Shown piece by piece: positions 56,957 to 64,000 of a DNA stretch of 64,000 nucleotides. Positions within the stretch are counted from its first letter, which is position 1. The number at the start of each line of letters is the position of its first letter. The position numbers and the translations under genes are program-made. Below the pieces are notes generated by a model. The model was given only the letters and a program-made list of their open reading frames with translations, did no database searches and was not told the origin of the DNA. The DNA comes from an uncultured Chloroflexia bacterium (GTDB lineage Bacteria; Chloroflexota; Limnocylindria; Limnocylindrales; CSP1-4), in contig CAVUCC010000011.1 of the NCBI GenBank assembly GCA_963739885.1, forward strand, positions 1,153,760 through 1,217,759, given 5' to 3'.

Positions 56957-57574
56957 ATGGCCGCTCGACCCAGCTCTCGCGGCCGGACACGATCCGCCGA
57001 TCGCCGTGCCGACCTCGTGGAGGCCGCGCTGGCATCGTTCGTCGCCAAGGGCGTCAACGGCGCCTCGGTCGACGACATCGTGGCGGCAGCCGGGGTGGCC
57101 AAGGGCACCTTCTACCTCTACTTCGGATCGAAGGACGAGATCGTGAACGCCGTGGCGGAACGGATGGTGGCCCGTGTGGGCGACGAGGTCGAGGCGGCGG
57201 CCGGTGCGGCCGGGCTCGACGCCGTGGGCCGCCTCCGGAGCCTGGGCGCGGCCATCGCTGCGGTCGGCGGGGCGCCGCACGAGCAGAACCTGATCGACAT
57301 CTTTCACCGGCCGGAGAACCTGGCCGTGCATGATCGCATGGCCGATCAGGTGATCGTCCGCCTCGCTCCCACCCTCGAGCGGATCGTCGCCGAGGGCGTC
57401 GCTGCAGGCGCGTTCCTGCCCCAGGATCCGCGGCTGGCGGCCGCGTTCGTCCTGGGCTGCTTCTCGCGACTTCACGACGTGGTCGGCAGACCCCAGGACG
57501 CGGCCGGCGTGCTGGAGGCGCTCGACGACTTCGTGTTGCGGGGCCTGGGTTACACAGGAGAGATCGAGGCGTGA
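56957..57574 (+). CDS. TetR-family transcriptional regulator
   Basis: N-terminal HTH RADLVEAALASFVAKGVNGASVDDIVAAAGVAKGTFYLYFGSKDEI. Confidence 0.85.
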   Translation: MAARPSSRGRTRSADRRADLVEAALASFVAKGVNGASVDDIVAAAGVAKGTFYLYFGSKDEIVNAVAERMVARVGDEVEAAAGAAGLDAVGRLRSLGAAIAAVGGAPHEQNLIDIFHRPENLAVHDRMADQVIVRLAPTLERIVAEGVAAGAFLPQDPRLAAAFVLGCFSRLHDVVGRPQDAAGVLEALDDFVLRGLGYTGEIEA

Positions 57575-58509
57575 GCGAGCTCGTCATCCGTACCACGGGG
57601 CTCTCCAAGCAGTACCGCGGCGGAGTCCTCGCGGTCGACCGCGTCGATCTCCGCGTGGCGGCCGGGGAGATCTACGCGTTCCTGGGGCTCAACGGCGCCG
57701 GCAAGTCGACGACCATCCGGATGCTGCTCGGCATGATCGCGCCGACGGGCGGGCGGGCAGAGGTGCTCGGGCAGCAGGTCCGCGCGGACGCCACGGAGCT
57801 CTGGCGCCGCGTGGGTCACATGGTCGAGACGGCGACGGCCTATCCGGAGCTCACGGTCCGCGAGGACCTGGACGTCTCGCGCCGCCTGCATGGCGTCCGC
57901 GACACGGCCACCGTCGATCACATGATCGGCCAGCTCGGGCTCGCGGCCTATGCGGGTCGACGCACGCGAACCCTGTCCCTCGGCAACCTCCAGCGCCTCG
58001 CGATCGCGCGTGCCCTGCTCCACGAGCCGGACCTCCTGATCCTCGACGAGCCCGCCAACGGCCTCGATCCGGCGGGTGTCGTCGAGATCCGCGAGCTGCT
58101 GCGCGGGCTCGCCCGGGACCGTGGTGTCACGGTGTTCATGTCGAGCCACATCCTGGCCGAGGTCGATCTGCTCGCGACGCGGATCGGCATCGTGCATCGC
58201 GGCCGCCTGATCGAGGAGCTGGACAGCATGGCGCTCGAGCGCCATCGCGATCGGCGCCTGGAGATCGGCGCCCGCGAACTCGATCTGGCGGAGCGGGCGC
58301 TGCGCGACGCCGGATACCAGCCGTACCGCCGGCCAGACACCGCTGCGCCGCTGCTCGAGCTGCGGGAGCTCGGGGCGCTCGACGCCCCCGACGAGATCGC
58401 GAAGCTGCTCGTGGCGGCCGGGACGGCACCTACGCACCTGGCCCTGGCCCGGGAGACCCTGGAGGACCATTTCATGCGCCTGACCGGCGTCGACGAGGCC
58501 GCCGCATGA
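57571..58509 (+). CDS. ABC transporter ATP-binding protein (ABC-2 / DrrA-like exporter)
   Basis: Walker A GLNGAGKST, signature LSLGNLQRL, Walker B LLILDEP. 4-nt overlaps with both neighbouring genes. Confidence 0.9.
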   Translation: MSELVIRTTGLSKQYRGGVLAVDRVDLRVAAGEIYAFLGLNGAGKSTTIRMLLGMIAPTGGRAEVLGQQVRADATELWRRVGHMVETATAYPELTVREDLDVSRRLHGVRDTATVDHMIGQLGLAAYAGRRTRTLSLGNLQRLAIARALLHEPDLLILDEPANGLDPAGVVEIRELLRGLARDRGVTVFMSSHILAEVDLLATRIGIVHRGRLIEELDSMALERHRDRRLEIGARELDLAERALRDAGYQPYRRPDTAAPLLELRELGALDAPDEIAKLLVAAGTAPTHLALARETLEDHFMRLTGVDEAAA

Positions 58510-59295
58510 GCGGCCTGCGTGCCGCGATCGAGACCGAGCTGCTCAAGAGCCGCCGGTCGAGGGTCCCCTGGGCCGTCGCGATCGGGTTCACCATCGCTCC
58601 CCTCGTGAGCGGCCTGTTCATGATCATCCTCAAGGATCCGGATCGTGCCCGGCAGCTCGGGCTCCTGGGCCAGAAGGCGCAGCTCGTCGGCGGCACGGCC
58701 GACTGGCCATCGTTCCTCGGCATGCTGTCGCAGGCGGTCGCGGTGGGCGGCGCGGTCCTGTTCGCTTTCCTGACCGCGTGGGTGTTCGGCCGGGAGTTCG
58801 CCGACCGGAACGATTCGGGGCCTGCTTGCCTCGCCCACGGCGCGGGCCTCGATCGTCACCGCCAAGATGCTGGTGGTCGCCGCCTGGTCCGTGGTCATCG
58901 CCGCGTGGGTCCTGGTCCTGGGGCTGGCGGTGGGCGCGGCGGTCGATCTGCCCGGCTGGTCCGCCGCCGAGGCGACGGGCACGCTGGCCGGGACCGCAGC
59001 CGCCGCCGTGCTGACGATCGGCCTCCAGACGGTTACCGCGCTGTTCGCGACCATCGGGCGCGGCTACATGCCGGCGCTCGGTTGGGCCGTGGCAACGATC
59101 GCCGCGGCGCAGATCCTCGCCGTGCTCGGCTGGGGAGCCTTGTTCCCCTGGTCCGTACCGGCGCTCGTGGCGGGCGCGGGTGGCGACCAGGCGGGCTCGG
59201 TGGAGATTGCCGGACTGGTCGCGGTGGCGATCGTGGTCATCGGCGGCTTCGCCGCAACCGTCACCTGGTGGCGCCGGGCGGATCAGACGGGGTAG
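58506..59295 (+). pseudogene. ABC-2 type transporter permease with a single frameshift near 58810
   Basis: The first frame reads to ...WVFGREFADR. The expected continuation TIRGLLASPTARASIVTAKMLVVAAW... lies in the +1 frame and runs to 59295. The shift sits near the run ttcgggg. Confidence 0.75.
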
Positions 59296-59366
59296 GTTCG
59301 GGCGAAGACGTCGCGGTCGCGTCGAGGCAGATGCAGCCGATGCCCGGTGCCCGGATCAGGCCGCCC

Positions 59367-60359
59367 TCAGCCCGATGATGGCGCACTGGACAGCGGCCGG
59401 GGCCGCCAGGAACGCAACCGTCGCGGCGGGTGGACCACGGCGTAGTAGGCAACGTACGCATAGGCGATGCCAGCGATGCAGTCGATCAGCCAGTGGTCAC
59501 CGGTGTAGAGCACGGAGACCCCGACCAGCGCCGTGTAGCCGAGCGCAAGCCAGCCGATGCGCCCGAAGGATCGCCGCAACACCAGGAAGGTAAGGAACGG
59601 ATAGGCCACGTGAAGCGACGGGAAGGCGGCGACCGCGTTCGGATTGACGCTCCCGAACGCGATCGAGTACGCGTAGCGGCCGTCGAAGCCGAGCGCGGTC
59701 GCCAGCGTCTCGAAGGCTCCGGGTTTGAGATAGAAGATCGTGGGGTATCCATCGGGACCGTTGAGCATCCCGTGGGACGCGACGTACCAGGGGGGCGCCG
59801 CAGGCATCAGGAGATACGTCGTGAACCCGGCGATGCTCAGCAGGATCAGGGCCGCGACGAAGTCGTAGTACTGGGCGCGCCGCCACAGCCAGAGCGCGAA
59901 GCCCGTGGCCAGCGGCAGCACGAAGTGGAGCATGTACACGATCGTCGCCATGACGGCGATCCGATCCACGCCGGCCGAGGGCCGGAGCGCGTCCTGGAGC
60001 ACCTGCGTCGGCAGCAGCCCGAGCGCAAGGATCCGGTCGGCCTGCGCGAGGTCCGACGTGTGGAGGGGCAGGCCGGCGTCGTCGGCAATCCCGCGCATCA
60101 GCTCGTAGGCGAGCAGCAGCGCGATGAACGGCAGCCAGTCACGGAGGAACAGGCGTCCGCGGCCCAGGAGGACCGCCACGAGACCGAAGGCCACAGCCAT
60201 CACATCAGGGGTGATCGCCACCCCGGCCACGATCATGAGCACGACGACGAGGACCCCGTAGCCGAGGATCCCGACCACCAGCAGGCGGTCGTTGCGGCGG
60301 CGGAGAGCACCCGCCCCAAGGTCGGACGCGGCCAGCGCGGTGTCCGGGGTAACGTCCAT
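59367..60359 (-). CDS. PAP2-superfamily membrane protein (PAP2_3 / Aur1-like)
   Basis: Polytopic, with a C-terminal FPSLHVAYP...GDHWLIDCIAG acid-phosphatase-type motif. Confidence 0.65.
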   Translation of the reverse strand: MDVTPDTALAASDLGAGALRRRNDRLLVVGILGYGVLVVVLMIVAGVAITPDVMAVAFGLVAVLLGRGRLFLRDWLPFIALLLAYELMRGIADDAGLPLHTSDLAQADRILALGLLPTQVLQDALRPSAGVDRIAVMATIVYMLHFVLPLATGFALWLWRRAQYYDFVAALILLSIAGFTTYLLMPAAPPWYVASHGMLNGPDGYPTIFYLKPGAFETLATALGFDGRYAYSIAFGSVNPNAVAAFPSLHVAYPFLTFLVLRRSFGRIGWLALGYTALVGVSVLYTGDHWLIDCIAGIAYAYVAYYAVVHPPRRLRSWRPRPLSSAPSSG

Positions 60360-60477
60360 GGCTTGGCGGAATCTACCGCACCCAGCCGGTGGCCGGTCGC
60401 CTCATCGGGCGCGGAGGTCAGGCGATACAGACTCGACGACGAACCGGAACCGGGACAACCGGGGAGGGGCGCGGGAC

Positions 60478-60513
60478 GACGGGCGACTCGCGTGCGACGG
60501 GCGACTCGCGTGC
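60478..60513. repeat. Perfect 18-bp tandem duplication (gacgggcgactcgcgtgc x2) in a divergent promoter region
   Basis: Units at 60478..60495 and 60496..60513, between the PAP2-like gene (start 60359, minus) and the alpha/beta hydrolase gene (start 60612, plus). Confidence 0.9.
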
Positions 60514-60611
60514 GGCGAGATCGATCACCGACCCGACAGCATCGAACGTAGGATGAGCACGCACGGCCCTGGTGCCATGCGCGCCTGCCCGCCGAGCCTG
60601 GAGCGACCAGC

Positions 60612-61541
60612 ATGCCGAGCAACGAGGCCCTCCCGGAGCACATCGAGCACCGGTTCCGCGCGCCCGGGGACCGGGTCCTTGCCGTGGCCGAGTGGGGCGA
60701 CCCCGATGGCCTGCCATGGTTCGCGTTCCACGGCACACCCGGCGGCCGACTCAGCTTCTGGAAGGACCCGACGATCTACCGGCGACATGGCCTCCGCCGG
60801 CTCACACCCGACCGACCAGGGTACGGCGAGTCGACACCGTTGCCGGGCCGCCGGGTGGCCGACATCGTGCCCGACGTCCTCAGGATCGCCGACGAGCTCA
60901 GGATTGACCGTTTCGTCGTCAGCGGTGGGTCGGGCGGCGGGCCGCATGCGCTCGCGTGTGCCGCCCTCGTCCCCGATCGCGTCATCCGTTGCCACGCCTC
61001 GGTTTCGATCGCCCCGTATGGCGCGGACGGGCTCGACTGGCTCGCCGGGCAGACCGAGGGCAACGTGGTCGAGTTCGAAGCCGCGCTACGGGGGGAAGAC
61101 GCAGCCCGGACCGTGTGCGATGGGCTGCGCAGGATCGCACTGGAGCGACTGACCGCCGGACAACAGGATTGGATGGGCGACGACTACCACCTCTCCGAGG
61201 CTGATCTGGCGCAGCAGGCCAATCACTTCCACCGGATCCGCGCCCAGCTCGTCAACGGTCTGGCGCCGGGGGCGGGCGGCTGGATCGATGACGATCTCGC
61301 GTTCACGAAGGCATGGGGCTTCGAGGTGGAGGACATCCGCGTCCCGGTCCTGCTCACCTACGGCCGCACCGATGTGCTCGTCCCGGCGGCGCACGGCGAC
61401 TGGCTGGCCGCCCATATCCCGGGCGCGATCTCATGGGTCGAGGAGGGAGCCGGCCACCTCGGCGACGACTCGACGATCGACGCCGAGCTCGCCTGGCTGG
61501 CCGGCCACAAGCCGCTCGAGGCTGGGGTCCGCCCATCCTGA
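60612..61541 (+). CDS. Alpha/beta hydrolase
   Basis: FHGTPGGRL, nucleophile elbow VSGGSGGGP, C-terminal EGAGHL. Confidence 0.85.
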   Translation: MPSNEALPEHIEHRFRAPGDRVLAVAEWGDPDGLPWFAFHGTPGGRLSFWKDPTIYRRHGLRRLTPDRPGYGESTPLPGRRVADIVPDVLRIADELRIDRFVVSGGSGGGPHALACAALVPDRVIRCHASVSIAPYGADGLDWLAGQTEGNVVEFEAALRGEDAARTVCDGLRRIALERLTAGQQDWMGDDYHLSEADLAQQANHFHRIRAQLVNGLAPGAGGWIDDDLAFTKAWGFEVEDIRVPVLLTYGRTDVLVPAAHGDWLAAHIPGAISWVEEGAGHLGDDSTIDAELAWLAGHKPLEAGVRPS

Positions 61542-61580
61542 CCTCTCCCACCTGAGCCGCGACTCAGCGGCGATGGGCGC

Positions 61581-61636
61581 GGCCCACGGCCCACGGCCCA
61601 CGGCCCACGGCCCACGGCCCACGGCCCACGGCCCAC
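61581..61636. repeat. Heptanucleotide tandem repeat (GGCCCAC)x8
   Basis: Eight perfect units plus a partial GGC, 40 nt after the hydrolase stop, in the gap between convergent genes. The minus strand reads (GTGGGCC)n, i.e. GGG tracts spaced by 4 nt. Confidence 0.95.
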
Positions 61637-61684
61637 GGCGGCGAGCGTCGACGGCCCGCGGTGGAGACCGTCAGCCAGCGTTCG

Positions 61685-62119
61685 TCACAGCGGCAAGGCA
61701 ACCGCCGCGGCGCCAACCGCGAGACCAACGAGCAGGCTTGCCAGCCCGATCTGCAGTGACCGGTTGCGGTCCCGCCGGCGGGCGTCGGGGTCGCCGACCG
61801 GCTGCACCCCGCCCAACGGTCCAAAGTTGTACACGCCTCGGGAACCGAACCCGGCGCAGAACCGGAGCCGCGCCTGGAGGTACCCGGAGGCCGCGCCGGC
61901 CGCCGGGAGGGCGGCGGCGAACCGGACCCACGGCGGCGCACCGACGGCGACCGGGACGACCACCACGATGACCGTGGCGACGAGCCCGACGTGGCCGGCC
62001 CGCCGGCGGCGGGCGATCTCGGCTGGCCCGATGTTGCACTGACCGGGCCGATATTCGGCGCCGAGCATCGGCTGCTCGGGCGCTCCGTTCACGGCGAATG
62101 ACGTTGTCGACGATGTCAT
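61685..62119 (-). CDS. Small membrane protein of unknown function
   Basis: Start at MTSSTTSF (62119). Two hydrophobic helices (VGLVATVIVVVVPVAVGA; LQIGLASLLVGLAVGAAAVAL). No domain recognised. Confidence 0.45.
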   Translation of the reverse strand: MTSSTTSFAVNGAPEQPMLGAEYRPGQCNIGPAEIARRRRAGHVGLVATVIVVVVPVAVGAPPWVRFAAALPAAGAASGYLQARLRFCAGFGSRGVYNFGPLGGVQPVGDPDARRRDRNRSLQIGLASLLVGLAVGAAAVALPL

Positions 62120-62593
62120 GACGAACTCCTGGTAGGACGGCGAGGGGCATGGTAGTCGCCGACCGCGGCGTGCCCGGTGATCTCGAGGACGAGGCGCTGG
62201 GGGGTGGCGGCGAGGACGGCGCGCAGGTCGGACCGTCGAGCACGAGCTCGGGTGACACGGTGAGGTGCAGCCACCGGCCTGGCGGGACCGCGCCGTCACA
62301 GGGCTCCGGCGAGATTGCCGAAGTCGGCGAGCACGCCAAGCTGCCCCGACAGCTGGGCAACGGCGTCCGTCGCGGCGGAACCGATGGCGAGCGCCTCGAC
62401 CGCTGGACCGTCGGCACGCATGGGCCGCAGGCCAACGCCCGGACGCCTGCTCGGCGCATGCTCGCCGTGTAGGAGCAGGCGAAGTGGGGGCTGTTCCTCT
62501 CAGCTGGCCCGCGGGATCGACCCTTGACCACCGGCCGATCAGGTTGCGGGTACGCATGATGCAGAACGCCGAATAGGCGCCAGAGCAGCGCGC

Positions 62594-63262
62594 CTAGTGG
62601 TGGTCCACGCCCAGCGCCTGCCTGGCGACCTCGACGGCCGAGCCCGCGTCCGGGGCATAGCCGTCGGCGCCGATCTGGTCGGCGAACTCCTGCGTAACGG
62701 GCGCGCCACCGATGATGATCTTCACATCACCCGGATCAGCTGCCCGGATGGCGACCACGACGTCGCGCATGTTGACCATCGTCGTGGTGAGGAGGGCGCT
62801 CACCCCGACGAGGCGGGCCTCGTGCTCGCGGACCGCCGTGACGAACTGCTCGGGGCTGACGTTCGTGCCGAGGTCGATGACATCGATGCTGGCGCCCTTC
62901 CACATCATCGCGACCAGGTTCTTGCCGATGTCGTGGAGGTCGCCCTGGATGGTGCCGACCACGGCGCGAGTCTCGGCCCGTATCCCGGCGCCGACGAGCA
63001 CTGGCTCGAGGATCGCCATCGCCTCCTTCATCGCCCGGGCGCTGATCAGCATCTCGGGCACGTAGATCTCAGCGCGCTGGAACTTGCCGCCGATCACATC
63101 CATGGCGGTCGTCATCGAGTCCAGAATCGCCTGGGGGTCGAGCCCAGCCTCGATCGCCTCACTCGTAAGCTGCACCGCGCTCGCCCGGTCGCCGGCCTCG
63201 ATCGCCGCCGTCAGCGCCGCAAGATCCGCCATCGCCGTTTGCTCCTGTTCATGCTCGTGCAT
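62594..63262 (-). CDS. Cobalamin-binding corrinoid protein of a methyltransferase system (MtbC/MttC/MtgC-like)
   Basis: B12-binding DxHxxG motif (QGDLHDIGKN) followed by SALLTTT. An N-terminal helical cap is present. Alternative start at 63232. Confidence 0.85.
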   Translation of the reverse strand: MHEHEQEQTAMADLAALTAAIEAGDRASAVQLTSEAIEAGLDPQAILDSMTTAMDVIGGKFQRAEIYVPEMLISARAMKEAMAILEPVLVGAGIRAETRAVVGTIQGDLHDIGKNLVAMMWKGASIDVIDLGTNVSPEQFVTAVREHEARLVGVSALLTTTMVNMRDVVVAIRAADPGDVKIIIGGAPVTQEFADQIGADGYAPDAGSAVEVARQALGVDHH

Positions 63263-64000
63263 GGCCCGCTCAGGCCGGTGTCGCGGCCGCCGTGATGCGT
63301 CGTTCGTCGGCTATCACGCTGGATGTGCGCCAGCTCGCGCAGGACGTCGTCAGGAAGCGGCGGCACCTCGTGCGACGCGAGGATCGCGAGCGCCCTGTCG
63401 CGCGCCCGCGACTCCAGCGTCTTGCGCCCGCCCGCCTCCCACACCGGACGGCGGCTCTCCCGCTCGGCCAGCTCGAGATCCAGGAAGGCCCCCGCGTGAA
63501 GGGCTTCGAGCGTGTGCTCGTCCGAGAGGTAGTCGCCACGCGGACCGACACGCTTGATGACGTCGACCGCCAGCGACGGCTCGTCGACGGTGATCCCCTG
63601 CTGGTATCGGCGCGCGATCTTGACCAGCTCGTCGTCGATCACCAGCTGCCACGGGCTCAGGGTCATGATGCTCTCGATGCAGCCGGCGCCGACGATGAGC
63701 TTTCCCCCGGCCATCACCTGGAAGATCATGTTCTGAGCCTTCTGGTACATGGTCTGGGCACTCGTGAAGCCGTCGGTGTCGAAGCCGATCGCCGATGTCG
63801 GCACGCCGAACAGCTCGGTCCCGAGCTGACAGATCGCGCCGATGACGAGCGCCGACTCCGGTGCCCCGCACATCGCCTCGGCGGTCCGCATGTTGCCGAC
63901 CACCGGATCGATGAAGAACGCGACCGGGTGCCCGGGTCGCGCGGACTCGATGAGCGCGATCGTGCCCAGCTCCTCGGCCAGGTTCTGCACCAGCGAACCG
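63211..64000 (-). CDS. MttB-superfamily methyltransferase (non-pyrrolysine type), partial; 5' end lies beyond the window
   Basis: VPTSAIGFDTDGFTSAQTMYQKAQNM...LIVGAGCIESIMTLSPWQLVIDDELV...GPRGDYLSDEHT is typical of the MttB family C-terminal half. There is no in-frame TAG in the visible 260 codons. Confidence 0.8.
   Translation of the reverse strand, partial: GSLVQNLAEELGTIALIESARPGHPVAFFIDPVVGNMRTAEAMCGAPESALVIGAICQLGTELFGVPTSAIGFDTDGFTSAQTMYQKAQNMIFQVMAGGKLIVGAGCIESIMTLSPWQLVIDDELVKIARRYQQGITVDEPSLAVDVIKRVGPRGDYLSDEHTLEALHAGAFLDLELAERESRRPVWEAGGRKTLESRARDRALAILASHEVPPLPDDVLRELAHIQRDSRRTTHHGGRDTGLSGPCTSMNRSKRRWRILRR

Noticed and set aside
61581-61636. The heptamer array as a possible CRISPR array
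   Set aside because: The units are contiguous 7-mers with no spacers, far shorter than CRISPR repeats, and there are no cas genes in the window.
62140-62440. A possible EAL-domain gene remnant on the minus strand (…WLHLTVSPELVLDG / DLRAVLAATPQRLVLEITGHAAVGDY after a frameshift)
   Set aside because: Only about 40 residues resemble the LxxNLSxxxL...LxLEITE pattern, and a frame change is needed. This is too weak to call without a translated database search.
63211-64000. A pyrrolysine (in-frame TAG) codon in the MttB homolog
   Set aside because: No in-frame TAG occurs in the visible portion, which should cover the usual Pyl position. It was treated as a non-Pyl family member.

Overview
High-GC (about 70%) bacterial chromosomal window, taxon not determinable by eye (gene content fits Actinomycetota or Chloroflexota-like lineages). 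I recognised about 60 genes or gene remnants and saw no rRNA, tRNA, CRISPR array, transposase or integrase. Many long ORFs in the track are Arg/Pro/Gly-rich antisense shadows of real genes. Main blocks: (1) 1-10.0 kb, a co-directional array of System II cytochrome c maturation genes (TPR factor, CcdA, ResB, CcsA/ResC, TlpA/ResA), then a NapC/NirT-type decahaem cytochrome, Rieske protein, fused cytochrome b6/subunit IV and a second decahaem. This is an atypical Rieske/cyt b module with 20 CxxCH sites. (2) 10-28.6 kb, mixed housekeeping and accessory genes: FdhD, PPOX/F420-type protein, DUF2277 plus PLP decarboxylase, tryptophanase-like lyase, DoxX-Rieske fusion, RlpA-like protein, AlkA-like glycosylase, saccharopine dehydrogenase, MetH, S41 peptidase, GT2. 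(3) about 29.6-42.6 kb, a block where most genes carry multiple frameshifts: acyl-CoA synthetase, homocysteine S-methyltransferase, SDR, PPDK-like, cyclase, CoxL/S/M-like. It also holds a mosaic inverted duplication of a Zn-alcohol dehydrogenase flanking the PPDK-like gene. (4) 42.6-51.8 kb, an intact, uncharacterised locus: Tm-1-like UPF0261 ATP-binding protein, PEP-hydrolase-like TIM barrel, a 609-aa protein ending in a PEP-utilizer phosphohistidine swivel domain, a GntR regulator and an HprK-like P-loop protein. It is divergent from transaldolase, cupin and split transketolase genes plus a paralogous GntR. An AT-rich heptad-repeat operator motif occurs four times in the window, only in promoter regions, and links this locus to two others. 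(5) 52.7-64 kb: C_GCAxxG_C_C protein, membrane protein, Tyr phosphatase, glutaredoxin-like protein plus orphan groES (perfect 16-bp palindrome upstream), gene debris, TetR-ABC export module, PAP2-like protein, alpha/beta hydrolase, a (GGCCCAC)x8 tandem repeat, corrinoid protein and a non-Pyl MttB-family methyltransferase (partial at the window edge). All family assignments rest on motifs read by eye; no database search was run.
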